From Squalus acanthias (taxonomy: Eukaryota), in NCBI GenBank assembly GCA_030390025.1, contig CM059432.1:134356001-134420000 (forward strand): 64,000 nucleotides of DNA. Direction: 5' to 3'. The notes under the pieces are model-generated. The model worked only from the letters and a program-made list of their open reading frames with translations. It had not been told where the DNA came from and did not search any database. Of this stretch, positions 36,225-50,764 are shown piece after piece. Within the stretch, counting starts at the first letter, position 1; each line of letters opens with the position of its first letter. The position numbers and the translations under genes were made by a program.

Positions 36225-37470
36225 TAAGTAGCAACACAAGTTAATAAGGGCATAAAGAGAGCAAACAAAGTACGAGGGTTCATTTCTAGAGGAATAGAAT
36301 AGAAAAGCAGTGAGGTAATGTTAAATTTATATAAAACTATGGTTAACCGCACGGAGTACTGTGCGCAGTTCTCGTCTCCATACTACAGAAAGGATATTGA
36401 AGCAATGGAGAAAGTGCAGAAAAGATTTATAAGGATGTTACCAGAATTGATAGAATCATACAGCACAGAAGGAGGCCATTCGGCCCATCGTGTCTGTGCC
36501 GGCTGTTTGAAAGAGCTATCCAATGAGTCTCATTCCCCTGCTCTTTCCCCCATAGCCTTTAAATTTTTCCCCTTCATGTACTTATCCAATTCCCTTTTCA
36601 ACGTTATTATTTAATCTGCTTCCAGATTCCATTCAGGCAGTGCATTCCCGATCATCATAACGCGCTGCATAATTTTTTTTCCTCACGTTGCTTCTGGTTC
36701 TTTTGCCAATTACCTTAAATCTGTATCCACTTGTTACCGACCCTTCTACCACTGGGAACAGTTTCCTCCTTATTTACTCTCTCAAAACCCTTCATGATTT
36801 TGAACATCTCTATCAAATCTCCCCTTAACCTTGTCTGCTCCAGGGACAATAACACCAGCATCTCTAGTCTCTCAACGTAACTGAAGTTAGGATGCAACTA
36901 TCGGCAAACACTGAACAGGTTGGGGCTCTTTTCTCTGGAAAAGAGAAGATTTAGAGGGGACCTACCTGAACAACGTTCCCGCTAAGCCGTGCAGCGGTCT
37001 GGAGATCCCGCACAAGCCGCTCACTGGCTTTTACAGGGAAGAAAACCACACATGCACGAAAATTTGAATGGGCTGCGCACCAAGTTAAATGGGCCACGCA
37101 CAAAAAGAAAAAATTAGAGGGAACATTGGACCTGATAGAGGTCTTTAAAATTATGAAGGGGTTCAATAGGGTGGTTATGAAGAAACTGTTTCCACTAAAT
37201 ATAAGATAGCCACAAACAGACCAAATAAAGAATTTAGGAGGCATTTTTTTTTACACAGAGAATGGTAAATGTGGGACTCGCTGCCACATGGAGTGGTTAA
37301 AGCAGGTAGCATTGATGCATTTAAGGGAAGGCTTGATGCATACATGAGGGAGAAGGGAATAGAGGGGTACAAGGAGCAGGGTGGGAAGAAGTAACTAGAG
37401 TGGGAGGAGTATAAATGCCGGCGTTAGGCCAAATTACCTCTTTCTCTGCTCTAGATTCTGTGTAATTCTA
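36225..37470 (+). mobile_element. CR1 fragment interrupted by an antisense CR1 3' end (about 36450-36885) and a small MITE
   Basis: MLNLYKT...EYCAQF...EKVQKRF resumes after the inserts. The nested piece reads RLRGDLIEMFKIMKG on the minus strand. Confidence 0.82.
36971..37128. mobile_element. Small hAT-like MITE (CAACGTTCCC TIR)
   Basis: CAACGTTCCC / GGGAACATTG termini, imperfect 8-bp flanks TACCTGAA/GACCTGAT. Inverted copy at 60031. Confidence 0.72.
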
Positions 37471-37545
37471 TATACATATGTATTTCTAGTATAGTGATGA
37501 AAACTTCAATTAAAAAAAATTAGAATTAATTAACAAACCATTTAA

Positions 37546-37734
<189 letters not shown>

Positions 37735-39359
37735 TAGTAGCAATGCAATAAAGGTAGCCAAAATGGCAGCATATTGTTTTATCGCACAAAAGATTTTGTA
37801 TTGCAACTGTGTAAACAATCAAGTAAGCCATTTAAAAAAAAAGACACACCGGTTTAAACAGACATTATGACTAGAAGGGATTTTGTTAAAAAATCTTATG
37901 GTTTTAGAAAATACTGTAACTTTGAAATTATTTTCCAGAGCTGCTAATTCTATAATGATTCAGTCGCACTTTGCTACAGTCGTATTCACAATTGCAGGGT
38001 GGGAGTGGAAAGACTTTTGAAAGGAATGCAACGACCTTATCCTCATGTAAAATACACCCCTACATGTTAATGTAAAAAATGAACAAACTTACCACGTGGT
38101 CACTGACCTTTCAATTAGAGAAACTATTTTTTACTGAACTGTCAAGGCCAGGGCATGAAAGTAACAGGCTATGTTGTTGAACTTTGTCTTCCAGCACATC
38201 CCACTGCTCATTGAAACCATTCACGCCCCCCCCCCCTACTCCAACCCATTATCACTTATCCCCAACTGTGTGTAATTGTATTGCTGACCATATGCCCTAC
38301 ATTTTTTTTGGAAGAAATCATAGGAAGAAATTCAGCCTGAGCTTGGCTCATGTGTCAAATATGTTGCCAGCTTTTCAGCATTTCCAAAGCTAAGTATCCC
38401 TGTGAGCTGTTGGTAGTTGAGCGGGGTGGGGGGTGGTGTGGTGCGGGGGGGGAGGAGGAGGAAATTGCTGACAATTGAGGCTAAACAAAGGACATGTTTG
38501 TGTTTTGCTTTAAATACTACAAAGCTGGCAATCCTGACTGGTGGGCATGTCGCCTTCGGGTGAGTTTTAAATTAAAAATAAACGTAATTTATACTATATA
38601 TTAACTCCAAGGTAGTGTCCAGAGAGCATTGTACAAAATATACATCCTGTAATTTAAAAGGATTCTATTGAACATTATTATAATCATCACTTGCCTTGGT
38701 GTATGCCCTGCGCCCTTGTCATTCCCTATTTCAGAGGTGTGCAACATTAAATGGTGGGTGGCAGTAAAAATGACCTGTAACAGTGATTCTGGATAAAGAT
38801 AAATCCATTCTTTGGACCAGTGTTCATAGTGCTGTGCCGAACTGAATATTAAATGTTGCCCAGGCATGTTTTGATTCAAGACCCTGGCACAGTTTTGTTC
38901 AGAATGTTAGACTGTAAATGTACTGTTTAACAGCATCAAATTATCACTTGCTCAAATTGAATTCTATCTATTGCAGATAAACATCTGGAAAACTCACTTA
39001 TTTAGCTTGTATAAGGCACAAATTTAAAGAAATGTGGGAGTGGGGGGAGAAAGCTGAATGTTGAACAGTGCAGTTATGTACTTCAATCTCAGTTCAGAGT
39101 AAGTAGTCAAGTAAATTTGCCCTGTAAACAAGAGACTTGTATTCGATTTGTTTTGATTTAGAATGCGGCATGTTTATTGGGTGAGATCGATCTCCACACA
39201 GGTGTTTGCCTATTAAAGGGAATGGTGCAAAATCAATAGGGGAGGGTAAAGAGATTTAAATTAAATAATGACATTTTACACCCAATATTCTGTCTTCTGA
39301 TGACTCATTGACTTGAACTTCAGTGTGCTTCCCTGTATATTGGGAGTCCTCTGGTACTT

Positions 39360-39660
39360 CACCCAAGGGTGTTCTTGTTTGCAGCTAGATGATGAGCATC
39401 TTTATGCATTTTCACCTTTGGGAATATCACAACCAAGTCTGATCTTGTTCTTACCGGATACAAATGTGCGCACTTTCCAACAGGGGTTGCTGAATGGTAA
39501 TCAGGAGCAAGAGCCCCTTCTGAATTCTTCTCTTTCCACCTCAAGGGTGCTAAGGCCATCTGTGGCGCCCTGCAGCTTAGCAGCCTGAGATCAGCTAGCT
39601 CCGTACAGGCTGCCTTGGTCTGTATGGCTTAGTATCACATCATGGTCATTGGCCTATTGG
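39360..39660 (-). mobile_element. AmnSINE2-like SINE, diverged
   Basis: cactttccaacaggggttgctg...aatcaggagc...ctgagatcagctagctc...ggtctgtatggcttag. Confidence 0.55.
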
Positions 39661-40372
39661 GGCACCCTAATAAAATTAATATATGGAGTGCAATGGAGGG
39701 GTTGGGAGGTGTCTCAGAGTACATTCTGCAGTACCCACTGGCCATGAAAGACTGGTGGATGCTACATACCCGTTGAATTGGGCAAGTGATGCTCGTTGGA
39801 TATTTTCTGTGAGGTGAGAAAACTTGGCATATTCTTAACCCTAGCTAGGACATAACATTAAAAAAAAAACACCAATCTGAACGTACTCAACCTGGCAATG
39901 GTCTGAAGTCAGGCTGCTGATATCACAAATCTACACTTTCAGTTTAATGTTCAGTGCTATTTCATTCTCTTGCTAAAGTATTTTTTTTTAAAGAAGAATT
40001 TGTAGTGTAATTTCCTCAGCAAAATGTATTAATTTTATCCTGACTACTATAAAGCTGTTGTGTGCTTATTTTAAGCTGTTCTATTCTCAATTTTCAGATA
40101 ATGAGTTGATTTAGGAACCATATTATGAAGGATTGGATTATTAAAGGCTATTACAGATTTAAAGAGGAAAATAATGAATCTTGGTCTTGGATGTGTACAG
40201 AAAAAGCATGGGTTAAAAATGATTAACTTGCAAGAATTCTTTACTTTACTAACATCCCTGCTACCCCAGCAAAAGTATCCGTATGCAATAGTTGCTGAAA
40301 AATACTGGGCTGAATCAAAATCAACTTGCTTCTTGTTGTCTTTTCTTTTTGGCTATTGGTCTGTGTTAACAG

Positions 40373-40417
40373 ACAGTAAAGATGAAGAAATCAAAACTCC
40401 TAGGAAGTTCTTTCTGG
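40373..40417 (+). CDS. SLC66A2: SLC66A2 coding exon 3 (45 nt, symmetric phase 1)
   Basis: CAG acceptor, DSKDEEIKTPRKFFL (compare human DSKDEEVKVAPRRSFL as recalled), donor G|GTATGT. Confidence 0.88.
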
Positions 40418-41799
40418 GTATGTATACACCCATGTAGCATGCACATATCCCAAGATTTATCCCATCGCCTTTCTCTGACCCTGCATTTTTTTCCAATTGA
40501 ATTTTTTTGTTGTTGTTGAATGCATGATCGTTCTTGTGTAGCAAAAAGACTTGGTGTGCGCAGTGTCTTTTCATTAGAGGGGAGTGTTTGCACATGTTGA
40601 AATAAAATGGGAGCATTTAGGTCATTCTGAACATTTCAGGGCTGTGAATATGTTTGTCATCTTGATGAGGAAATATTGAGCACGCAGATACACAATTTAA
40701 TTCTCTCTCCCTCTATTCTATGTGAAAGGTTTGCGCATTCCAAGGTCTTAATTCATAGAGAGCCTTTGTAAAAAAAAAAAAAATTCTAATTTTCGATACC
40801 TATACAGTCTCAGCCAAAACTGATAAGTGTTGAAGATATTATGCTAAATTTAATTGTATCACGTCTTGAGTATTAGTAGCAATTTAGAATGTCTTTTAAG
40901 CCATAGTTATGTGATAATGTAGGACATGTAGACCTAACTTTGCTATTTACTTTGCGAGCTTTAACTAAACTTTTCCAGCTCTAGCTACAAAGAATAGCAA
41001 CTTGTTCAGCAAGCTCTCTCTATTGTAAATGATTGGCAGAGTTTTCTATTTAAGAAGGGCTCGAAAGACTTTTGTTCCTTCCCTGTGGACAGCATATGAC
41101 TTCCCTGTTAAAGTCTGCAAATTGGTGTAGAATAACTTTTAAAAGGGACTTGAGCCTAGAAATTAGTGTATGAATGCTTAATACAGTAGCATGAAATTAC
41201 CATGCAATTTTAATGGAAGTGTTAACCAGTTTTAAAATAAATAGATTGAGGCAGCAATGTAATTCCATGTGCATGTTAAGTGTTGATATCACACAGCATA
41301 ATCTGTAGGCTTTCTTCAAAAACAACTTAATCACTTAATTTTAAAGAGTAGTAAAATTTCAATACCTTAACCTTAATGTTTATGAAAGACCTCAGGAAAT
41401 TTGTGAAGACTTAACCAAACTCAGTAAGTTGAGAGATGCCTAATTAGGGCAAGCTAATGTACACAATGCTAGTATATTCTTGGTGCTGCAGATTGCTCAG
41501 CAAAGGACTATTATTTAGATAAGATATTTTGGAAAAAGTGCTGACATTTATTAGTATTGGCTGACACTGTTGCCACCCTACATCCTATACTTTAGCCTTG
41601 TTAATTCAATAATTCTTGGACCTTTTTGTGTTACATCTTCTGACTTTTTAAGTATGTCCTTTAACTAAAATATATGTGTGTCACTTCCACTTGTCACCTA
41701 CAGGAGCTCATTTGCTATTGAGAATGTGACAAATTGGCAGCAGGCTAGTAGCAATGCTAGTTATTTTGTGATGACTCAATCTGTCAACCCTTCCATGGG

Positions 41800-42088
41800 A
41801 ACATAGAAACAGGAGTAGGCTATTTAACCCCTCGAGCCTGTTTCACCATTCAATGAGATCATGGCTGATCTGTGACCTAACTCCATATTCCTGCCTTAGT
41901 CCCATATCCCTTAATCTCAGATTTAAAATTAACAATTGACCTAGCATGAATTGCCGTTTGCGGAAGAGTTCCAAACTTTTGCGTGTAGAAGTTTTTCCTA
42001 ACTTCACTCCTGAAAGGTCTGGCTCTAATTTTTAGACTATGCCCCCTAGTCCTAGACTCCCCAACCAGTGGAAATAGTTTCTCTATCT
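41800..42088 (-). mobile_element. CR1 3' fragment
   Basis: EKLFPLVGESRTRGHSLKI motif and CR1 3' tail. Confidence 0.85.
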
Positions 42089-43877
42089 GGGTTTTCGCAG
42101 AGCATGGTTGCCGTGGGTGGCAGGCTTCATTGACCCTGCTGCATGGGTGGGTGTCACTGTAATACATGAATAAGTTTTACATTTGCGGAGTTTTTCATTG
42201 TTATTGAAATAGATCATATTTTTGGAATGTTGGAATGGGAAAGCCATTTAATTCCAGTAATCTAGTTCTAATGACGTGAGTCAATGGAAATTTATACTTT
42301 GGTAACTTATTCAGAGGTACAGGTTGAATAGAGTTGTGCAGTACAGTATGAAAGACTGGTCTTTGAAACCATGCACCAAAGTTTATAAATCTGACCATAT
42401 TCAATAAATGGTATCAGGAGCACTAGACTAATAGGCTACATCAAGTCTGACTTACTGAAAATAATTTTAAGACTTTTTAATTTTCTACATTGATGAAGTT
42501 CTAGAATGAAACCGATATTCTTCTCATAAAAATGGCATTGCAGGAGATTAGATGATTTTGTTCTTAAACCACATTTAACATTGCATTTCTGAATTATCTT
42601 TTAGTGGCTTAATGTTGAGCCATTAACATCAAACCTGCTTTCTCTGATGTAAGTAGCTTTTAAAACCAGCAGTTTTCAAACCTTGCAAATATTGACACAA
42701 TTTCATAGGCCCTCTTAATCTCCCAAAGGGAAACAGTGCTATTGTTGTGCAATGTTTTTCATTAGTGTACAGCAACCTAAATAATATGCTAGTCAGCCAG
42801 CAAATACAAAACAATACCGAAAGCTAATGACCTTGGGAACCCCTAGGATTTTCTTATAGCTCCAGTAGAGTCTGGGGACCCCAATTTGAAAATCTATGCT
42901 TTAAACAAAAAGGTATGAAATAGTTACCCAGAGGTATTCCAGCTAATCGGCCTAATTCTTTTACTGTTTGTGTGCAGGGGTGGGGTGGAGAATACTTTGT
43001 TTGTATTAGAATGCTAGGATAAATTTACTGTTCGTACTAATGAGTACCACAGAAGCTTATTTTATATTTTTCTATTCTAATTAGTTTTTCTTTAGTATTC
43101 TATTCTGGTGGTAGCTGTAAAATGATTACGTGATTTTTTTTAAACCCCTGTTTACTGCTAGAATTTAGAAATGAGGCCTAGCGAAACTACGGATCCACGC
43201 AGTGATTTAACATGCGTTTCTTTGTTGTTTAGTGTTTGGAACTAGTCCGAAGCTGTCCCTTTCAATGTCATGAAAACTGTAGGCGGGTTTTATTCTCGAC
43301 ATGAAATGTTTCACAGAAAAGGACTTCCACCTTGTGGTCTCATGGCAAATAGTGGGTCCTTCAAAAAAGTTGTCGTCTTTTTTGGATTGTGCGGTTTGGA
43401 GAAAATTAACGATTTATGTTGCTGAAGCAGACTTTGATTGTCTCTACCCAACCCATTTAATCTCCTGAGGAAAGGTGCTTGAAAGCTTTTGGGTTATTTT
43501 GCCTTCCCATATGCAAATTGGACACAATTCTCGGATATCGGTCAGATATTACATCTTTCATCATTCATCCTTGACCAGTTGCCTTCCTTGCCTGGAATTT
43601 CTATGTTTCCAGCAGCTCAGACACCGTCGCATCCAACATGCTGCTGTGGGCTGATATCTGGTCTCTGCTGTTTCTCCACGAGGAGAAAATAAACAGGTTC
43701 CTCCAGCAGGGACCATTCTCATGCTCTTGATAGTGACCGGTTATAGAAGATGGGGCCTGCTCACCCTTTCAGCTGGGATATAGTGCATGGCCTGGGGAAG
43801 CATGCTTCACATGCACTGTACGTGGGGGCGGGAAGAGATGTATTTTTTCAATAGGAAAAAAAATGAGGTTTTTCCTA

Positions 43878-44538
43878 AATAAAAACAGAAAATGCTGGAA
43901 ATACTCAGCAGGTCAGGCAGCATCTGTAGAGAGAGAAACAGTTAACGTTTCAGGTCGATGACCCTTCGTCAGAACTGGAAAAAGTTGGAGATGTGACAGG
44001 TTTTTAAGCAAGTGTAGGGGCAGGGGGAGGAGAGGAAAGAACAAAAGGGAAGGAAGGTCTGTGATAGGATGGAAGGCAGGAGAGATTAAGAGACAAAAGG
44101 GATGATGGTGCAAGGCAAGAGGAGATAGTAATGGGACAAGTTAAGAAACAAAAGATGACTCTAGATGAAGTATAAATGGCAATGGCAGAATGATCATCAG
44201 CTGCCATGTGAGAGAGAGAGAGAAAAAAAATGATTGGGGCCGAGGTTATGGTCTAAAATTGTTGAACTCGATGTTGAGTCCAGAAGGCTGTAAAGTGCCT
44301 AATCGAAAGATGAGGTGCTGTTCCTCGAGCTTACGTTGAGCTTCGTTGGAACAGTGTAAGAGGCCGAGGAAAAAGAGGTCAGAGTGGGAGTGGAGCGGAG
44401 AATTAAAGTGACAGGCGAACGGACTGAACGGAGGTGTTCCGCAAAGCGGTCACCCAATCTATGTTTGGTCTCCCCAATGTAGAGGAGACCGCATCGTGAG
44501 CAGCGAATACAGTATACTAAATTTCAAGAAGTACAAGT
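43878..44538 (-). mobile_element. Penelope-like retroelement 3' part: GIY-YIG endonuclease, 3' UTR and hammerhead motif (43940-43976)
   Basis: Minus strand encodes NLVYCIRCSRCGLLYIGETKHRLGDRFAEHLRSV...EEQHLIFRLGTLQPSGLN. 12-bp imperfect TSD AGGTTT(T/C)TCCTA. Confidence 0.92.
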
Positions 44539-44559
44539 AGGTTTCTCCTACCTGTTTAA

Positions 44560-44960
44560 AAGAGACTTGCATTTATTTAGCACCTTTCACAACCTTGGGA
44601 CATCTCAAAGCGCTTTACAGCCAATGAAGTACTTTTGAAGTGTAGTCACTGTTGTAATGCAGGAAACGCGGCAGCCAATTTGTGCATAGCAAGCTCCCAT
44701 AAACAGCACTGTGATAATGACCAGATCATTTGTTTCAGTGATGTTGGTTGAGGGATAAATATTGGCCAGAACACCAAGGATAACTCTCTTGTTCTTCTTC
44801 GAAATAGTGTCATGGATTCTTTTATGTTCTCCTAAGAAGGGAGATGGGACCTCAGTTTAACGTCTCATCCGAAGGATGGCACCTCCAAGAGTGCAGCACT
44901 CACTCAGTACAGCACTGGAGTGTCGGCCTAGATTTTGTGCTCAGGTCTATGGATTGGGAT
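44560..44960 (-). mobile_element. DeuSINE (SacSINE1-like), head truncated
   Basis: Colinear with 4939-5330. Confidence 0.82.
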
Positions 44961-45851
44961 TAAATGAGGGTTTAAATAATCCTTTGTTAAACAAGGCTCC
45001 TTCTGTGGGGTTTACAAAACATTGAAACTCGTAGACAATTCAGCAAAGGTAGGCAATTAACATGACGAGCTCAAAAGTGTTTGACATTTGGGTACTTTTC
45101 ATGGGTATGGAGAGTTATGTAATTTCTTCATCCTATGTCTGATCCATACCATTAAATATCACAAGATTATTTTTTCTTAAATCATGGCTTACTGCACAGC
45201 ATATGTGTATACACAAATTGGCATGGCAACAGTGACTTGTAGGAAGAATTAATATTGCACTATCAGATCTACTTGTCTTTCAAATATGCGGGTTTTGTGT
45301 TTTATGGCACAAAAGTTTATTTAGCAGAAATACACATCTCTGTCTTATCTAAATTAATTAAAATTATAACCGTGAAATTGAGTCGCATGATCTTTAGTCT
45401 GTAATAAATACTGGAACATTTTCTTTTGGCTAGGGTACAGTACAATTTGTAAAATAAGAAGTAATACAGTCTTGGTCCTGTAGGAGTCAGCATTTGATAG
45501 TGATTGCTATAAATCTAAATAGCTACATAATTTTTAGCCAAGCAGATGATGTGGACATAAATGCATTTTCACTGTAGATATTTAAGAGTATTGAGGATCT
45601 GATTGATTCATGATTTGGGCTAATTTTTCAAAAGAGGGGTGCAATATTGCTTAAAACAATACTTAACCATTGTAGTTCTATTTCAAGTTTTGATTTAAAA
45701 GTATACTTAAAAACAAAATGCCTTTTTAGTGCCAATGCTTACTGTGCCTACATACAGTAATTTAAAACTGTTCAGCCCTGGGCCTTTTGCAGTTCTGTAT
45801 ATTAGCCCCGCTTGCACCTAAACCATAGCCCAGTATGAGTAGCTTCCGTTC

Positions 45852-46570
45852 ACTTCTTCTTAGGCAGTCCCTCAGAACTGAGGATGACTTGCTTCCGCAC
45901 TAAAAATGAGTTCTCAGGTGACTGATGAGTCCAATGCGGGACCTACAGTCTCTGTCACGGGTGGGGCAGACGGTGGTTGAAGGGGCGGGTGGGTGGGGTG
46001 CTTGGATTGACGTGCGCTCCTTCCGCTGTTTGCGCTTGGCTTCCGCTTGCTCCCGGCGAAGAGACTCGGTGTTCCCGAATGCTTCTCTTCCACTTTGTGC
46101 GGTCTTGGGCCAGGGATTCCCAGGTGTCGGTGGGGATGTTGCACTTTTTCAAGGAGGCTTTGAGGGTGTCCTTGAAGCATTTCCTCTGCCCACCTGGGGC
46201 TCTCTTGCCCTGTCATAGCTCCGAGTAGAGCGCTTGTTTTGGGAGTCTCGTATCGGGCATGCGGACGATGTGACCCGTCCATCGGAGCTGATCGCGCATG
46301 GTCAAAGCTTCGATGCTGGGGATGTTGGCCTGAGCGAGAACACTGACGTTGGTGCGCCTATCCTGCTAATGGATTTGCAGGATCTTGCAGAGGCAGCGTT
46401 AGTGGTACCTCTCCAGTGCTTTGAGGTGCCTGCTGTACATGGTCCATGTCTCTGAAGCATACAGGAGGGCGGGTATCACTACTGCTCTGTAGACCATGAG
46501 CTTAGTGCCGGGTTTGAGGTCCTGGCCTTCAAACACTCTCTTCCTCAGGCGACCGAAGGCTGCACTGGCT
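45852..46570 (-). mobile_element. RTE-clade LINE 3' fragment
   Basis: GHIVRMPDTRLPKQALYSEL...GGQRKCFKDTLKASLKKCNI...W...AQDR pattern and a short GAA-like tail. Confidence 0.85.
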
Positions 46571-47093
46571 TTCACTTACTGCAGTGTCTGGGGAGAAAGT
46601 TGGAGGAAACTAAACTGGGCAGAACATACTTCCAAGTTAAAATACTTTTTTCATTCTAATATCTATTTGGAGAAATTACAGTTATTGCCAGCTACTGGAG
46701 ATTTGCCATGTAACGTCTCAGAACTGAATTGTTGGTAGGTTGGCAAATGGACTTCACTGTGGAAGTGCAATCACCACTCTTCCTAGTTCTGACAGAACTG
46801 TAAAGTGTTTTAAAAAAAATAGTAGTACCCAGCTGGATTCTACTGAATTTTTTTAAAGTTCCAGTGATTGAGTAAAGACTATCGGAGTTAAATTGGGCCG
46901 GGTAGCACCAGAGTTTTCAGGCACTATGCGGCCTCCTTCCTGCAGGAAGCACGCAGCTCGCCATATTGAGTAAGGACGAACAAGAGGTGTTGTTTACCCA
47001 TGCCTGAAGCGGGCGTTAGGCCCCTTATTTGCATATGCACAGAGCTAACGCCTGCTTGAGGTCTCCACTGCAACATTGGTTTGTCTTGAGGTA

Positions 47094-47203
47094 AAAGAGC
47101 TCCGAAAGCTTGTGATTTCAAATAAAACTGTTGGACTATAACCTGGTGTTGTGCGACTTCTCACTTTTGTCCACCCCAGTCCAACACCGGCATCTCCGCA
47201 TCA
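47094..47203 (+). mobile_element. Family B Penelope-like short insertion (truncated within the hammerhead)
   Basis: 12-bp TSD TGTCTTGAGGTA (47082-47093, 47204-47215). Confidence 0.75.
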
Positions 47204-47625
47204 TGTCTTGAGGTAGCCAGCACTGGGAAAACCAACCCTAAACATTGCATACACAAAAAAAAGTTAAGTACTTCAGTATAGTTGGATGACACTTTTGGAT
47301 CTATTAATCGAACCTTCAGTTCTTTCCAACACTTTAGATGGCAGCTGCTTCGTCTTGTAAACAAACCTGAAGCTGCACCATCTCTAATCATGGGCTTGCA
47401 TATTTGAACGTATTGGATCAAAACAGAATCCAGCAATGTCTACGCATACATATCAAACATACATCATAAATTTTAATAGCCCTCCAGAGAACTAGGAGCA
47501 GCTGTATCTTTTTCCACCTCTAGCTTCAAAAGCAGCCTGTAAAGCAACAGTATAAAACTTAATGACATGTTAACTGTACAATTGAAAGATATTATCTTGC
47601 CCAAATTACCATTCTTTGTCAACAT

Positions 47626-47925
47626 TTTTTTATATTCGTTCATGGGATCTGGGCGTCGCTGACATGGCCAGCATTTATTGCCCATCCCTAATTGCTCTCG
47701 CGAAGGTGGAGGTGAGCTGCCTCCTTGAATCGCTGCAGTCTGTGTGGTGAAGGTACTCCCACAGTGCTATTAGGGAGGGAGTTCCAGGACTTTGACCCAG
47801 CGACGATGAAGGAACGGCGATATACTTCCAAGTCAGGATGGTGTGTGACTTGGAGGGGAACTTGGAGGCGGTGGTGTTCCCATGCACCTGCTGCCCTTGT
47901 CCTTCTAGGTGGTAGAGGTCGCAGG
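47626..47925 (-). mobile_element. LINE 3' fragment (CR1-clade, different family)
   Basis: YRRSFIV...SWNSLP...LQRFKEAAHLHL C-terminal pattern and A-rich tail. Confidence 0.7.
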
Positions 47926-48113
47926 CATCTCAACAGTCAGTAGCCTGTTTGACCAGGGGTATCCCACTCCATTGTGTGCTGCCCAACATTTACAGATGCA
48001 CAATTCTAAATAGTCATAAGGAGCATGAAGCCTGGCTTATGATTAACCCTCCACCTCCAACAAGAAAATATTGGGGGCAGTTTTAACTGTAGCTTACATC
48101 GGCTAACTCAGCA

Positions 48114-48563
48114 TAAAGAAAGACTTGCATTTACATAGCGATTTTTACGATTCAGGGTGTCCCAAAGCGCTTTACAGCCAATGAAGTACTTTTGCAGTGT
48201 TGTCACTGTTCTAATGTAGGAAACACAGCAGCCAACTTGCTCATAGGAAGCTCCCACAAACAGCAATGTGATAATAACCTGATAATCTGTTTTTTGTTAT
48301 GTTGGTTGAGGGATAAATATTGGCCAGGACACCTTCTTCGAAATAGTGCCATGGGATCTTTTATGTCCAACTGAGAGAGCAGACGGGGCCTCGGTTTAAT
48401 GTCTCATCCGAAAGACGGCCCCTCCGACAGTGTAGCATTCCCTCATTCCCTCAGCACTGCACTGGAGTGTCGGCCTGGATATTTGTGCTCAAGTCTCTGG
48501 AGTGGGACCTGAACCCACAACCTTCTGACTCCGGGTCAAGTGCTACCCACTGAGCCATGGCTG
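48114..48563 (-). mobile_element. DeuSINE (SacSINE1-like)
   Basis: Colinear with 4939-5393. Confidence 0.85.
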
Positions 48564-50764
48564 GAATCAAATCTGAGAGCTTCTTGGGTCTATACGACTC
48601 AGTCTTGAGACATCGGGGCTCATTCTGCTTTAAGCAATAAACTGTACAGAGTTCGAACTGCAGAATAGTGAATGATTTAGAAGAGTGATGAGCACTTGTG
48701 TAGAGAAGTCCTCATTTACTATGGTTGCCTTTTTTTTTAACCAGCGGATCACTGCACGAAACTGGGTGGCTGGTGGTTCAGCCTGGCCCCCACTGAAAAC
48801 GCACCAGGCTGCAATTTCTTCTCGGCTGTACCCTTGTATAATTTACTCCCAGTTGTTTTTATTGCCAGCCTAATTAAACATACGCTTAGTATGGCAAGGA
48901 GAGCCTAGTTGCTTTTGCTGCTGTTTGAGCATAAATCCCTCTTAATGGAACTTCACCGACAAAAGCCAGGCATTAAAGGGAAGCTGTTTAAAATTCCAAT
49001 TTAAATGGACAGAGGAAACATTTTATTTAGCTAATGCTTAGTGTAATTTTCTCATTTGCAAATGTTTAGTGTATGCTTAAATTTATTTTGCAGCTAAGTG
49101 TATGAATGTAATTTTTTTCATCTAATCCTGAATTGTTTTTTATGACTCAGACCACAATGGATCTTTTTAAAATAATCAGTGTTAACTAATATCACAGAAA
49201 CTGACTACAGAAAGTCATTCTAAGATAGGATCTGTATAGTATCTCCCACAATACAAACTTTTATATAATCTCAGGCTGTGCCACAGCATCTAACTGGAAG
49301 CTACACCAAATGCAGTTCCATTTGACAATCCACTGTTGACTTTTTGTCAGTGGCTTTGAGCCCAAAATCAGCCATGATCTTATTGAATGGCGGAGCAGGC
49401 TCGAGGGGCCAAGTGGCCTATTCCTGCTCCTATTTCTTATGTTCTAATTGTTAGGAGTGCAATAGAAGCACCCCATCACACTATTTCATTCTTTAAGCAA
49501 TGCAAGATGAAAGAAGACGTGGCTAGGAGATCAGGAGCCTCCAAGGCTGGATGAGCAACACCTGCCATGAAGTCACCAACCAAATCTGCGGGCCCTGGAA
49601 CACCTATCTGGCAATTAGCATAAGTAACCGACTCCACAGACTGTAGGTCAGCAGGGTGACCATTGCAAAGCTGTGCCATCTGCAGCAAGGATACCTGCAG
49701 TCAATCTGCACTATAAGATTGGCATTCTCGGTGGCAGTCAAGGTCACTAGTGCATTGAGCTTTTGTGCCTCTTCCTCTTTCCAGGTTAGCAAAGAGATCA
49801 CTTGCAGTATCAGCCAAAGTCACTGCTCACATGTATCACAAGGATGACTGATGCATCAGTCATCGTAGGCAGCTCCTCTCACACCACCACGTGCTCCTCC
49901 TTGCTTGTCCCTTGTGCCTTACCCAATGTTACCTCCTTTAGCTCGCTAACTGCATCTTCCAGCACATGTGCGGGTGCTTGTAATGTTAGTGAGAGACACG
50001 CAGAGTGCTGTCTTGCCCTGGCGTGCGTCAGGCAGCAATTCTATGCCTACGATTACAGAAAAGTGACTAATGTTACATTGCTGTCTTCAAGAGGGACATC
50101 TTCCAATAGAGCTCACATTATAAGATGCTAACTGCATGTGGTGGTTGTGTGCATACTTGTGAGAAAGTGAGTGAGAGTGCATAATCGATAACAACTGCTT
50201 GATACTGACCCATATCTTGGATGAGGTGTACAATTTCACCTACTCTTACTCCCTCATTGCTCTTTGTCAAGAGCTTGTAATTTTGGGGCCGTACACCATT
50301 TTGGTCTATTTCCTCGTCTTGCAAGGTGTCATCTTGTGCAAACCGAGAAATAGTCTTGACATATAAATTGACAGCATATGACATTGTAGCTGTCATGCTG
50401 AGTATGCATCATGCACCTAGGTTGTGTTACAGAGCTTTTATGTGTGAAGATCTTTAACGATGTATGCCAAGGCTTTCAAATTTAAGTTACTGCTGGAATG
50501 TATTACGTAGTATTTATAGCTCAGAAACGGGCCATTCGGCCCATCTGGTCCCTGTCTGTTTATGTTCCACATGAGCCTCCTCCCACCCTTCTTCATCTAA
50601 CCCCATCAACATATCCTTCTGTGTGTGCATGAAAGAGTTATACGAGGGCTTGGCATGGCCCAACAAATGCAACAGCTTGCCTGTCAATACATAGTGGCAT
50701 ACTTGCGTGGACGATGTACCTAGTCAGTGGTACTGTTGGGCAGGCTTACTTTGGCAGCTACTGT

